Below, one piece after another: positions 16,290-32,139 of a stretch of DNA of 64,000 nucleotides (the stretch's first letter is position 1; the number at the start of each line of letters is the position of its first letter). The position numbers and the translations under genes were made by a program. Source of the DNA: the human T2T-CHM13v2.0 reference genome, Homo sapiens; assembly GCF_009914755.1 (NCBI RefSeq), contig NC_060938.1; one strand, given 5' to 3'. The notes under the pieces were generated by a model, which worked only from the letters and a program-made list of their open reading frames with translations, was not told the DNA's origin and made no database searches.

Positions 16290-16445
16290 TGGTCAGGCCC
16301 CGCAGTCAGGACTGTGTGATTTCACCTCATTTCAGCCTCAAAATAACCTTTCAATGGTATGCATTGTTAATCCTATTTTGTAGAGAAAAACTGAGGCTCA
16401 GAGAAGGGACAATGACTGTCCCAAGAGCATCAGACCACAGCCAGG
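16290..16445 (-). mobile_element. MIR
   Basis: cctattttgtagagaaaaactgaggctcagagaagg. Confidence 0.75.
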
Positions 16446-16609
16446 GGAGGAAGGGCCAGGATAGGTGCGTGTGTGCCCACACCTGTGATTGATCTGTTAC
16501 TTCCCACTCTCCATCCCCAGTCTGCTGACCACACAGTACTGGGTCTGAACACATCTCTCTCCAGCCTCAGCACTGCAGGACAGCTGACCCATCACGTCTG
16601 CATTTCTCC

Positions 16610-17075
16610 TGGGAGCCTCCCAACAACCTTATGCACCCAGGCACACCTCCTGCTCATCTAGTTCACTCCCATTTACCCTTCTAATCTCAGTTTAGAAAAA
16701 TCTTCCTCCAGGAACCCTGCCTTGACACCCAAAACCTAAATTTGGTTCCCATGGCATCCTGTATCTCCCCAGCACCACCTGTCTCGCTCTCTGTTATTTT
16801 TTGATCTGGCTGTCTCTCTTTGGGGAATGTGAGCAACTTGAAGTCAGGGGCCTTGTTCTTTTGACAACTTTTGATAAACAACAGTCAGATACTGTTGTAG
16901 TCACTGCAGAGCCACATGCACAAGGCCCCCTCCCTGCTTCCATAGAATTTACGTGCTCTAGGACGAAACAGATAGAGGGCCCACATGGTTGAATCCCCAG
17001 GCTATACAGAGCACAGCAGCTGGCACACTGTAGGTGTTCAATAGATGCTTTTTGAATGGCTAAATAAATAAAATA
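16610..17075 (+). mobile_element. L2 3' fragments
   Basis: tcttcctccaggaaccctgccttgac...ctggcacactgtaggtgttcaataga. Confidence 0.6.
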
Positions 17076-18096
17076 ACGTGAATAAAAAAATTCATTTTGA
17101 TGAATCAATAATACCTTACCTCTGTATATAAACTGCCAGGGGACTATCAGCCCTATTTACTGATGAGGACACTCTGGCGGAGAGCAGGCTTGCGATTTGC
17201 CCAAGGAAGGAGCGGGAGGAGAAGGCAGGATTGGAGGCTAACTCGGAGGCTCCACAGGTTGCCTAATGCTCACCTCACTTGGCAGCGATGTCTCCAGCTT
17301 TGTTTCCAGAGCTTTGTCAGTGACAAAGGGGTCTTATTATTGACACTACTGGCCTGTGTCCTTGCTAAGTGCTTTCTGATTATTTACTGGAGACTGAATG
17401 AAGCAAACAAGGAAAATGACGGGGTACTTTTTTCGTAATTCACTTTAATGTCTGGGTCTTGGTTCTCTGGAGGCAGCTCCAAGGATCCATTTGTCTGCCA
17501 TGCGCAGTAAATACTGAAGAAGGGATGCACTCCTTATCCAGGGGCCTGAACAGAGCAAAGAGGGTGGGGCACCGGATATGCTGATCCCGTGGTTCCTGGA
17601 GCCCAGGAATCAGGGAGAGAAAGGAGGGAGGAGGTGACAGCGCCGGTGCTGCATTCCTTTGCTAAAGGACATTAAGACGGAAGAAGTAGCTCCCTCCTTT
17701 GTCACCATGCAAGCCAGGAAGTCATTGTGAAAAGAAGAAAACCTTCTAGGCCGAGAGTCACATGGGGTGCAACTTCTTTCCAAAGGTTCATATTGTGACA
17801 GACAGCAGTACCCACTAAAGCCCCTGACTTGTGGCATCCCATAGTCTGGTTCATATATGACTGCTTCTTAGTTCTTGGTTGTGGGCAAGTCACTGAATCT
17901 GCCTGTGCTTGGGATTCCCCATGCTACAAATGGGATAAGAGAATACCTACCCCAGAAGCTTACTGTGATATTAATTGACTAGCTCCGTGTCCATGCGTGG
18001 TGGTTCTCATTACTGGCAAATGAGAAAATGGGGTCTTCATCTTCACTGCCCTCATTTTACTCCCATTATCCCCAGTATCACCACTACCCTTGAGAA

Positions 18097-18350
18097 CTGC
18101 ATGTCCAGTTCAGTAGCCACTGGCCAGATGTAGCTGTCAAGAGCTTGAATGTGGCTGTTCCAAATTGACATGGACCCTATGTATATATAATGTGCACATA
18201 ATGTATATAATGTGTATATATAATTTATATAATGTGTACATAATGGAGTTTGAAGATTTAGTACAAAGAAAAGAACAGAAATTATGAATATTTCATTAAT
18301 AACATTTTACATTGATTACACATCTAAATGATAATATTGTGGACATATTC
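18097..18350 (+). mobile_element. MER33 hAT-Charlie element, 3'-truncated, with internal (TATAATGTG)-like microsatellite
   Basis: tgtcc...gtagccactggccagatgtagct...tttgaagatttagtac...attgattacac...aaatgataatattgtggacatatt. Confidence 0.8.
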
Positions 18351-18689
18351 AGTACAGGAAAGACATGATCCTTACGATGTGAAACTCCAACTGCTGCTGC
18401 TTATTTCCAAGCTCAAATCCCAGCAGCCCGTGGCTTTAGCTTCATTTATGCCTTGGGTTTCTGTTCCCTGTGGATGTTTGTCTTGCTTTTGACTGCCATG
18501 TCTGCTTTACTCTTATTTTATCTATGTCTGTCTTGCTATGTGTTTTGAGGTTGGATGGGCAAACTCAGCTTCAAAGTGTGAACTCACCCTACCGTCTCGC
18601 CCTGAAGTCGCCCATGGACTCTGTGTGCTGTCCCAGAGCTCCTGGACCCAGAAGACATTGTGCCTTTTGGCAAATGATATATGGAGACT

Positions 18690-18940
18690 GTCTGGATTAA
18701 TATTAACTGTGAAAGGTGCTCATTATTCATTTCTGGTTCAAGGTGACAGGGTTAAGCCTGATAGCATCCTTTTAGTAGTATTAGGCTGTGATAAAGCCCC
18801 TGGCACTGTGGCTGTGTTATCTGATGTCCCAGGAGCTCAGTGCTTGCACTGAGCCCAGCAAGCACTCAGCGTAAGCACTTAAACAAAACACAGTTACAAA
18901 TTTACAATCAGGGGACAGCCTGGGAAATTTCCCCCCCCGA
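18690..18940. promoter_or_regulatory. Candidate enhancer with T-box/GATA/NKX/FOX/NF-kB motif cluster
   Basis: AGGTGACA 18741, TGATAG 18759, TGATAA 18789, TTATCT 18817, CACTTAA 18876, TAAACAA 18880, GGGAAATTTCCC 18922-18933. Confidence 0.4.
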
Positions 18941-19042
18941 AAGCCTTGTTCACACCTTCTTTGTTTTTCCTAGTGCCAAAGGATAATGAAGGAGTTTAGT
19001 AAATATCTGGTATATGAATACATTTTTGAAAAAGGAAATGAA

Positions 19043-19407
<365 letters not shown>

Positions 19408-19659
19408 TCAAAGAATGAGTAAAAGAACCAATTAATTTTTGAATAACTGGATGAATAAAATATCAAATACATACATTTCTGTACCACTTATTGAGTAGCT
19501 GAAAGAATGGCTGGTTACTTGGTTGGAAGGACAATGGAGGAAGGAATACGTGAATGAATAAATGAGTCAGTGGGTGGGTGGATGGGTTCAGCATAATGTC
19601 TTAAGTGCTGCTTTTTCTGGCCTCTTGGTCTAACAGTCTACCTCTTCCCATTCATGATA

Positions 19660-19975
19660 TTCTTTTGCTTTTTATCTGTTTTATTTTTCCTTCTTAGTAC
19701 TTACTACTGTCAAACATGTAACATAACTTATTTTTTTTTTTGTTAATCTTCCTCGCTACTAGAAGGTGATTCCTAGAATAGTAGATAATGTTCTCTATTT
19801 CATGAACTGCTCTACCCCAAATGATAATATTGTGGACATATTAGGTTAAAAATATCCTTTAGGATGTGAAACCCCAATTGTTACTGCTTGATTCCAGACT
19901 CAAACCCCAAGATCTTTGAATAGCGAGGGGCATATAGTAAGCACTCAATAAATACCAGTTGAGTGGATGAATAAT
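19660..19975 (+). mobile_element. L2 3' end, interrupted by a ~90 bp local copy
   Basis: actagaaggtgattcc...aactgctctacccca [insert] ...ggcatatagtaagcactcaataaata...tggatgaat. Confidence 0.7.
19819..19910 (+). repeat. Local direct duplication A (copy of 18326-18422)
   Basis: First 24 bp identical (aaatgataatattgtggacatatt), then shared gatgtgaaac..caa..tgctt..ttcca..ctcaaa.ccca. Confidence 0.85.
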
Positions 19976-20923
19976 GGCTGGGTGGATAGACAGGCAGATG
20001 GAAGACAGATCAAAAAATTTATAGAAGAGACAATGGTACACAGACACATGTTCAGAGAGCAAGAGATTAAGGGTCTGAAGCCACAGAACATTGTTTTCCC
20101 TGCTGTTTACTACCTGTGTGTTTTGGGGCTGGTCCGAGCTGAGGGAGGTGGAACTTCTCTGGGTCATTATGCGTTTTCATCTGTGACGTGGGAGTGATGC
20201 AATCTCAACTGGCCACAAGTCTGTTATGGGGATTCAATGCTGAGGAGCAGGTGGACATGCTTGGTGCATGCTAAATCTCATGCCCATGCAGGCCACTGTC
20301 AGCCACTGGAGATGCCCAGCTCTGCAGGGGGGCTCTGGCATTAAAGCCTCTGTTTGTTCCGAACCTTCCCAGGAGGAGATGAAGCTGGCAGGGGTGATGC
20401 TGACGTGCAGTGAGGAAATCTAGAACTGAATTAAAGAGTGGTGGGCTGCAGACCCCGCTCAGACACTCACCTGCTTCAGCAAGTCTTTTCTCTTCTGGAC
20501 CTAATTTTTCTCATCTGTAAATCAAGGGGACAGGGGACTGGCTCCCATATCTTGAAAACTCATTTCAAGACACATTTCAAAGCAAACAATGTACAAGCTA
20601 TAACCCCACACAATAACTTCTGCTTTTTTATACACTCAAAATGATTTACCACTCCTTGTGGAAACATTAGCTGAGGGGACTGGACATTCACTCACATTGC
20701 CTGGTACAGATGGTGAATGTGTGTGACCAAATCAAGGAGCCAGAAAATGGATCAAGCAACTACTGACTGCAATACACCACAGGAATGCTGCTCGATCTGG
20801 TATTCCAAGTTACTTTTTTTTTTTCTTTTTGTAAGACCTTCTGCTGGTCTACCCAAATTGCATAGCAGAGATTGGGACTGCCAAAGACTTAGTAGGGAAG
20901 TAAGTCTTGACTTCTGTCCTTAG

Positions 20924-21310
<387 letters not shown>

Positions 21311-21813
21311 TGACTCTTCATATACAGTGCTTTAAAGGCATAAGACAAGCACATGTATGTGTATACCAAGAAAATAAGTAATAATAATTATTATTGTTAA
21401 TATTATTATATCATAATATTATAACAATTATTATTGCTAATAATTATTAAAATAATATTTCCTAGTCTGGTTTTATGTTGTTTTTTTTTAAAGTAGCTGT
21501 TTATCACAAGAGGCACTATCTAAAATGCTTTCAAAATGAGTTTTGAAATTATTTTTAATTTACTTTCAATGTTCAAGATTATCTTTCAGTGTTAAAGCTT
21601 GCCTGGTCCAACCAGCTTAATAAGCCAGAGGAAGTATAGATGAGATACATATTATCTTGTTAAAAAAGTATAAATTACTTTCCTTAACTTGTTCTATGAT
21701 ATGGTATCCATCAATCAACTGAATTGGGCTCACTTCTTCACCTATGAATTTTAGTAATTTCCTTAACTTAACATTCATGGTGTTCTTATAGCATATGAGG
21801 AAGTATCTAAGAC

Positions 21814-22315
21814 TGCAGTCCAAAGCATTAATAGTCCCAATTAGTCATCCTTCCCTGTAACCAGGTCTTTTGCTATGTGATTTTGCGGGGCCTGCTTACT
21901 GAGGGTAGGGAAGCCCTCCTTCCTTTTCATCTTGACTCTTGGTTTGAACAGTGGACTTGTTTGACCAATGAGATGTTGGTAGATGTGATGTCAGCAGACA
22001 GAAAGTGATTGCTTTCATTCATCTCTACTGTGGCATTGAGAAGACATCCCTGGGTTCCTTTGCTGGCTGCAGAAGGGGAATGGAGACCTGTGGAGCAGTC
22101 ACAAGCAGCTGTACTTAACCTAGGGCAGTTGATCTCTAGTTGGCCACAGACAAATGAATAAGCCCCATTCAAACTAGACAAGTGCAAACTAGATTAGCTA
22201 GCCTACCCCCAGCTGATGGACATTTTCATGAGTTAAACGCATGCTTATTATATGCTGCTGAGATTTTAAGGTTGTTTGTCACACAGCATTTATGTGACAT
22301 TAGCTAACTGTTGCA
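21814..22315 (+). mobile_element. MLT1 (H/I/J-type) MaLR solo LTR
   Basis: gacttgtttgaccaatgagatgttgg...ctgagattttaaggttgtttgtcacacagca...tagctaactg. Confidence 0.75.
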
Positions 22316-22959
22316 AAATAAATCATAGATTACTACAAGTGCTAAAATTCCACGGCTCTATGCATGATAGCTTAGTATGACAATATTTTGAGAATATTTT
22401 CATTTATAAATAATCCACTTATTGGCTTATGGAAGTAGATTGCTGATGATAAATTTTATCTGCAGAAGAAATACAGTGAGATCATTATTTGGTGGGAAGG
22501 TTGGTTGTGGCAAAGGATAAAATCTCCAGTGTCTTAAATGTCTCAGGCTTGAATGTTCATTTCTGCAAATGAACTGTGTCATTTTAATATGTCAATAACT
22601 ATGGGTTAACCCCCCACTCTCCTTTGAACTTACCCTGGATTTTTCAGATAAGAAGTCACTTCTTATTTTACCCTTTTCCTTCAGCTAGGTAAAGATATTT
22701 CCAAGTAGGACCAAGGGGGCTAGTTTCCGAATCCTGCCCCATTCTTACATAAAAAAGATCTCAACTACATGGGCTACATTGATGTCTTCAGAGGCGTGTC
22801 AGGAGTAATGTAATAATAGGTACACTGTGGGTGTCTGAAATGAACATTTGTTTAAAGCTTATTGAAAGTCACCTTTGTGATGGTGAAGCTCATTTCCCTT
22901 CCATCCACCATGCTGTCTCCTATGGGTGAGAAAGAGGCAAGACAAATACTGCTCATTGG

Positions 22960-23920
22960 CCAACCCCAAATCTTTTTCAATCCCCTTCTCCTAACACATT
23001 CCACTATAAAGGCTTACGAAGATAACATTTCACTTTGACAGCTTCCCTTGAGGCTAAGGGTGATGTTATGTGTTAAATTGTGTCACCCAAAAACATATGC
23101 TGAAGTCCTAACCCCCAGCACCTGAGAATGTCACCTTATTTGGAAATAGGACTGTTGAGGATAGTATCAGTTAAGATGAAGTCATACTGGAATAGGATAG
23201 ATCCTTAATTCAAAATGATCTGGGTTCTTATAAGAAGATGGGAATTTGGACATGGAGATATACAGATAGGAGGTGATGTGAAGACACAGAAGACAGATGG
23301 TCACAAGAAGAAGCTGTAGAGATTGGAGTGATGCTTCCATGAGTCAAGAATGTCTGGGGCTACCAGAAGCTGGAAGAGGTAAGGATGGATCCTCCCCTAG
23401 AGGCTTTGGAGGGAGTGCAGCTCTACTGATGTTTGATTTCAGACCTCTGGCCTCCAAACCTGTGAGACAATAAATTACTTTTGTTTGAAGCCTCCTAGTT
23501 TGTGGTACTTTATTACAGCAGTCACAGGAAGCCAATACGGATTGCCATATAAATATTCAGATTAATGACAAAAAGCAGGGATCTGCTAGGGACTTCTGGG
23601 AAGGGGTTAGGTTTTCTAATAAAAGGGAAAGATGTGGTTACTCCCAATCATTTTTCATTCTTTCCACTTTGTGTGCAGATGTGATGGTGGGTTCTAAGAC
23701 AGGACTCTTATAATCAGGTGGTAGTAGCTACCACGCTAGAAGGGAAAATACAGAAAGATTAAAAAGAGTCTGAGTTTTCAATGGAATTATTGAGCTACTG
23801 TTCCAGTCCTGCATTGACTAGATCTAGAATTTTAAATGTAAAAATAAGAATTTCCTAACTGTTCAATTGATTTCTTATTGGTCTTCCATCCTTTGCAACC
23901 CAAGGTATTTTTATCTGGTA
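22960..23920 (+). mobile_element. Old MLT1K/L-type LTR, interrupted by MLT1C
   Basis: cagcttcccttgaggctaagggtga | ...ctgctagggacttctgggaagg...attattgagctactg...ttgcaacccaagg. Confidence 0.55.
23064..23539 (+). mobile_element. MLT1C-type MaLR solo LTR
   Basis: tgttatg...aattgtgtc...gaagtcctaacccccagcacc...ccagaagctggaagagg...tttgtggtactttattacagcag. Confidence 0.88.
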
Positions 23921-24079
23921 TAGTAGAATGTAGCTTGCTGTCTACTTTTGGTGTATGCCAGAGGGATATTGATAGCCCCTTAGCAGTTTACTGACACCTA
24001 TATGTAAAATTTGTTGGATGGAAACAAAATGTTCATATATATATATATATATATATGCACACACACACATATATATATA

Positions 24080-24196
24080 TGATCAACAAATATTTATTGA
24101 GTACCTGGTATGTGCCCGTCACTATCCTAGGTGCTTGAGACATATCAGGAAATAAAACTGATCACAATCCCTGTCCTTGTAGGGTATCCATTCTAC
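24080..24196 (-). mobile_element. L2 3' end
   Basis: tcaacaaatatttattgagtacctggtatgtgcc...ctaggtgct. Confidence 0.8.
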
Positions 24197-24409
24197 CTAC
24201 CCCTCCCCTCTAAGTATTTCATTGGTACCATTGGTACTTCTAATGGAGTGCATGTCTCATGTCAAAGGTTTTCAGTTGTTTCTCAGAGGAAGAAAGAACC
24301 CTGAAGAGCTATTCCTTCTCACAGTGCCCCTCCCAAAGACATCACCCATTTCCTCCAACAAAGCTCCTCCTAGGGAATACCACCAAAGCCTTCATCACTT
24401 ACCACTTAA

Positions 24410-24717
<308 letters not shown>

Positions 24718-25389
24718 TGCATTTTCAGTTACTAAGATGGTTTTCCTGGTGTCAGTCTGAAAACAGAAAAGCTGTGGAATACAGTGAACAGGTTTCCCTT
24801 CTTCATGCCTCTCTGCTCTGGGCAAAGAAAGACCAGGGACATGTTACTGTAGGGAAAGGCTTAGGAACCATTAAAGATCATCTTCACTGTTTGAGCATGA
24901 TGACAGATTCTTTTGGCTTTTAAACATGATTTTTTGGGAATTGCCATTTGCCATTACTGTCTTTCTTGGGCAACAATGTCTCCACATCCCACCTTTTTTG
25001 TTTTTGGTTTTCTTTTTCTCACAGCCTGCTATGGGTCTTAAAATATTTTCAGGATCTCTGGGAGGTGTTCAAAGCATGGATGTGTGTTAGGCAGACAGTT
25101 GTATTTATTGGTGCCTTTTCTGACTAAAAAAAAGTCTACATCTAAATTTAGTGGGAAGAAAATATCTTCAGTTGGGCCGTTTCCTGAGAGAAACAAAAAC
25201 ATATATATACACATCTATATATATTTTATATATGTATGTGTATATATATATGCATATACGTACACTCACACACACATATTTACTCTTTTAATATTATAAA
25301 TATGTTTTTTCAGATGAGAATTGTTAGTGCAATTAAAAAAAAAGTTCAGCTTGTAATAAAAGAAAAACTTTCAAAAAAAAAAAAAAAAA

Positions 25390-25680
25390 AAGCAGACTCC
25401 ATAAATGGTTTCATTCAAAGGGCTGCTTTTAATTTGGCTGTGGTGACAGATTAAGAAGGAGAAACTTGAACCAGACCTTTGACCTGTCGTGGGGTCAGAG
25501 GTTTCCTCTGTCTGTGTTCGGACTCCTTTGACAACTTCCTGTATAATTTGACTATTATTTGCCTGTCTGGGCACCGTCTGACCCCACAGTCTGGAAAAAT
25601 GAGAAAGGCAGCCCGCATTTTGGTGCCATATGGACAACAGCAAGGGAGGGCACGTTTAATCAAATTTGGGTGGGAAACAC
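25390..25680. promoter_or_regulatory. Candidate enhancer with nuclear-receptor half-site array and TCF/LEF sites
   Basis: TGAACC-AGACCT-T-TGACCT-n6-GGGTCA at 25467-25497; TTCAAAG and CCTTTGA x2; TGACAG 25444. Confidence 0.45.
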
Positions 25681-28600
25681 TGTCTGATCCCAGGTTAGGG
25701 AAAGAAGCTTGCACGGGATTTCCAGCAGACTGGCGGAGAAAGGGTCAGATGACAGGCATGCTATGATTTAGGGTGTGTGTCCCCCACCAGACGCTGGTAT
25801 GGCTGAAACAAAATTTTGAATCTGGAAGCAGATCAATTATGAAAAAAAGAGAGGTGCTGGTGGCATTTCAAATTGCAAGTGGACTTCAGCCACAGAAGTC
25901 CAGAAAGATTGAATTTTAAAAATCCAAATAAATGTATCTCTAATGCAGACTCAAGTCATAAGAAAATGGGCACTTTCGTCAGAGACAAAGAATTTTTACA
26001 TTTTTTTTAACTTTAGGTCTGGTAGAAGACTGTGTTCACATCAAATAATAATTATACTCCATTTTCATAATTTCCACAGGAGTCTTCATGGTAAAAAAAT
26101 GTGTATATAAAAAAGAGCTTTACTTAGTAAATAATAATAAATATATTTCTCAATTTAGAGGACTTATAAAAAACACATATAACCATAAATCAGAGCTTCA
26201 GAACAGCCTGGAATAATTTGCATGGCCACACCAAGTTGCTGCTTTAACACCAGCAAAGGCAGGCCCTGGGTATTCAATTAGCCTGTAGGGTGTTCTCATG
26301 ATGTGTGAATGCACTCACAGACTTGAGAAGTCCCAGGTGTTAGTAAGGAAAGTTGTTGGGCCCCATAGCTTAACTTGTTACCAAGTATACTGGGGCATCA
26401 TCTTGTCTGACCCTCATCACAGCCCTCTGAGTAGGTGGCAACTGAGGAGGAGAATCAGGATGGGATCAGAAGACCCCGCAGTTGTTAGTTGTCAGTTGCC
26501 ACAGCTGGAAGTTGGGGCCAAGGATCTGGAAATCAGTTCACAGTCAAAAAAGGAAATCAATAAACAGTGCAAGACAAGTCAAACAAAACAGAACTGGTCC
26601 TAAGAGTCTATAATAGAATCTGGAGCAAAGCAGAAAGATCTTGGGGTGCAGCTAAGAGGCAGGAGGACGTCTGAGGTGGTGGGCAGGGCAGTAAGGGCCT
26701 GAGCTGGGCCTGAGAGGGCAACTAGATTCAGGAAAGGAAGAGAAGGGGAAGGGATGAGGCACAAGAAAAACTGAGATCAGAGCTACAAAAGACCCTTCAA
26801 ATGTCAACAACCAACTCTTTCCATTTTATAGACCAAGTAAGTGAGAGCGAACAAAGTTCAATGAGTTTGACGTAAGTTACCGAGTTAGTTAAAACAGACC
26901 TAGATTCAATCCCGTGAGATATGACACCCCAAGTGTCAGGCCCCAAGTTCATCTCAAACCAAGGAGCCCCAATCCTGTGCCTCTTATATGTTTCCTGATA
27001 CCTTCTAGTACAAATTCAGAAATATAATTAATCTAATATCTAAAATGTTTTAAGATCCTCAGGTGTTAGGTAAGTAAGCTAGCTTTTGGGTTTAGTGAGT
27101 GCACAGAAAGATAAAATGCTATAAAACAGGGAAGCACCAGCCTTGAGCTGTCTTTGACAGGGGCTAGTATCTTGGGGAAAAAAAGACTTATTTTTCTTTT
27201 CTAGGGGCAAACATTGCAAAACACTTGAGTTAATGCATGTGGAGCTATTTTATGTAAAATGCATCTCCTGGCTATTGAATTCTTTTGCATTTGACAGGAG
27301 TGGACGTTTACGAAGAAATCAGTCTCATGTAAGTAGACATCACTTACTGAGCATGTAACAATGTAGTAGATACTGTCCTATTGTTCATAAATGCATTTGA
27401 TCTCACAACCAAAATTGAAGATGCATATCCATATCAGCAACCTTGTTTCAGATAAGAAGAAACTGCGGCTCTGAGATTTCAATGGTGAGCCCAGGGCCCT
27501 GGCTTGCATGCTGCAGGATTCAAGCTAGGCCAGCCTCCTGAAGATTCTTTCCCCCCGCTCAGCACCCCCTGGCAATGACTCCTGCAACAGCATTTGATGC
27601 AAGTGGTCTTACTTCTCACATGAGTATTGCCTGCACTTTACATTTCATACTTTTGCTGGACTTTTTTGAAGCTTAATATTTTGTCTTTATGAAGTGAAAA
27701 CAGAAAGGAGTTATCCCATAAAAAGAGGACTAGAGTTGTAAGATGTGGCATTGAAGATCATGTCACGATACTCCTTGGAACAGGACCACATCAGTTTTTC
27801 TTCTGGGCTGCAATAACTTCAGCCAAAAGGTCAAGTGTATTGGGGAGCAGAGTGTCTCTGAGGATCCTTGCACTACATGTAGAGGGTTCTGTCTTCCCCT
27901 TTCTCTGTTGGCATTTTCAAGAACACAAGATCATTAGGAGGAGCAACATGTCACTGCTCATTTTTCCAAAGACCCAAGCCACTTTCTCCTTCCTAATGCC
28001 AAGGGATATTGAACTCAGGGCATGATGGTTAAGTTCTATGCCTTGGGTTGTTTTTTTTGTCAATGGTGGTGGTTTAGTTTTGAGAATCACTTCCTTCTTG
28101 GTCCCTGTGTCCCATTCTAAGGCAAGCCATGGTAATGTCAGGCTCTTATTAAATATCAAGACCCTCCATCTGCTTCTGTCTTTCCTCTGAGAAAATTCTC
28201 AGACAGCCAAGGTCATGGCCACATATCTTCTGCCACCCCCAGAGCAAAGGGGGAGGGGAAATGGGGGAGCCACCTGTCTACACTGAGCCAGACACAAAAG
28301 AACTGTTATTCAGAAGGTTTGTATGCAAAGTACATGGTTCAAAGTTTGTGGACCCATCACGTACATTCCCAAAGCCATGTTTTTACATTTTAATTTTTTT
28401 TGTGCTCTTCATCGTGGGGTCACAGATTCAGCTCAGAAATGAGGACTTACTCTGGGATCAACAAATGTAGACAAACTGGACACCTTTTCCCATTGCTTAT
28501 GTCTGCATCAGATCTTGAGGCCGGGGACAGTCGGCTTGGCTCCGGGCCCTACCCTGGAATTTGAGATTTGGTGTCCAAACTACTTGAGCCAATAGCTGAT

Positions 28601-30283
28601 TGATCCAAACATGCAGGAAGGCATGTGTATGACTTGGCAGCAAATTTTTTTTCTCTAAAGAAGAATGGTAATGAAGTACCACGAGATTCAAGTACAGGTG
28701 ACAAGATCTCCCACATGCCTGGCTTTCCTGGCTGGTGGTCCTGGTTAAGTCACATTGCCTCTGTCTGCTTCTATGAGCAATAATAAAATCTACTGCTTTG
28801 GGTTTCTGGGATTGGAGGAGGATTTAATGAATTAATACACTAGAACAATGATTGGCTCGTGGTGAGTTCACAACTAACAACAAACAGTGACTCTCAGCAG
28901 TATCATCACCACATGATGATTACATCATTGCCCTGAAGCCTTGGCATTCCACGCCATGAAATCTGGATAGAAAGAAGTCCTTGCTTACCTTGCAGCCCAG
29001 GGGAAGGATCAAAAGGGATAAAATGGACTTCCTAGTTCTTGGATCACAAGAAGTCCTAGTTCTATACCAGCGTAGGAGCTGTTTAAGAGAGGACTAAGGG
29101 CTTCCATAGCCCCAAGTCTCAACCTGGTTTTTCCCCTAAGTGCCATCTCATCATCAGAAAAAAGAGGAGAAATTAGAAGAGGAAAAATAAGCAAGTCACA
29201 ACTTGATTGTTGTCACTTGAAAGTCTTCATTTCAAGACTGTTCCCTCGGCTCTGGGAGTTCTTGTGTCATTACCTTCTGTTAAAAGGATTCAAATGACAT
29301 TATTTGCATGGAAACTCACATACCAATGATGTCATTTATGCCACGAAGTTGCATTACAATGAAGAGGATGATGACTGTGTCACATGGACCTGACATTCTT
29401 TATGCAGTTAAATTGAAAGTCAATGCTGGCAGTTCTTAACCACGCACATCCCTTGAAAATACATCACTTCTGATATGAAATGAATATTTTAGGATGCCAA
29501 GTCTCGACAGATCAAATGATGCTACCCGTAGTATCACTCTAGGGCAGGCAAAGTTTCCTACATTCAGGTGGACTTAGGGAGCCCTCTCTGAGTCAGAACC
29601 ATCAGATGGGCTAATAAACTATAATCTTTCCAACCAAGCCTAATCATGGTTTAATGACAGTCTCTTCGATGATGTCTTTTAAAAGCAGTTTCACTTGGAG
29701 ATGTCTGCAGAAACATTTAGAAATTCTTCTGTTGTATAAGAGGATGGCATAGAGACTTTGGGTGCACAAATCCAACATGACCTTCTATTAAATATACCAG
29801 TTCTAAAGGTTGGTCCAACAAGCCGAGTGCTCACTTGCTGCGTAGAGCAAATTCACAGTGTGGTCCAGTCAAAGAGCAATGGGTGCTGTGGAATGAGATG
29901 GAAGGAGACACATGGAAGGTATAACTGCATATTCCAGACAGGAGGTGGAGAAAACATACATATCAGAGAGGCCAACACCAAACACAGCATTATTATGAGA
30001 GATCTCAATGCACAGGAAAAGGGAACATGTACTACACAGGAGGCATCTTAACTTGGGGAGACAGGACAGGAGATGGAGGGCCACGTGTTTGTCAGAGCTC
30101 CTGACTTGGAGACAGGAGGCTGGAGGTGAGTCATTCTACATGCTAAAGTCTACCAGACTGACTCAGTACATGCATGACCCACCAGCAAAGTCGTGATGCA
30201 AATAAGAACAAAGGAAATAAAAAGAGTTATATTTTGATGGATGAATGCAGAATTTTACCATTAGATATTTAAGAAAGAACTGA

Positions 30284-31583
<1,300 letters not shown>

Positions 31584-31839
31584 CCTTGTTCCCATCTTTG
31601 ACTGACATGGCAGATGTGTCTGCTGGATGCTGCCCATCCTTATTAGGAAGTTGGAGCAAGTGTGCTCTTACAGGCTTAGTGTGTGCCTCTGTGATAGCAA
31701 GTGTCACTCACCGTTCTGGAAATGCCTGGCTGCTCCAAAGACCCCAAACAACTTCAGTGACGAGTTCCATCTTGTCTCCCACAGTGCCCAGCACTAAGAC
31801 TCTATGTCACTATCATGACAAGAGCAACCGCTGAGATGG

Positions 31840-32005
31840 TGTTCAACAGTGTGCCTGGCACTGAGGTCAGTACTATTTTTATTCTCACTTTATAGATGAG
31901 GAAACAGAGGTGCCCAAATAGACTAAGCAATGTTCCTGGGTCACCAGTGAGGAAGAAATACAGCCAGGAGTTGAATAATCAGCCCCAGAGTCATACTCCA
32001 ACCAC
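31840..32005 (-). mobile_element. MIR
   Basis: attctcactttatagatgaggaaacagagg. Confidence 0.75.
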
Positions 32006-32139
32006 AGCACATTGCTGCCTCTCTTAGAAGGTAAAACATAATCGAATGAAGCATGAAGGAGCCTGTCTTTTCAAGAGGAGTAATAAAAGAAGCCACCAAG
32101 GTCACCGTCCCACTGGGAAGGGCATATTTACCTGGTTCC

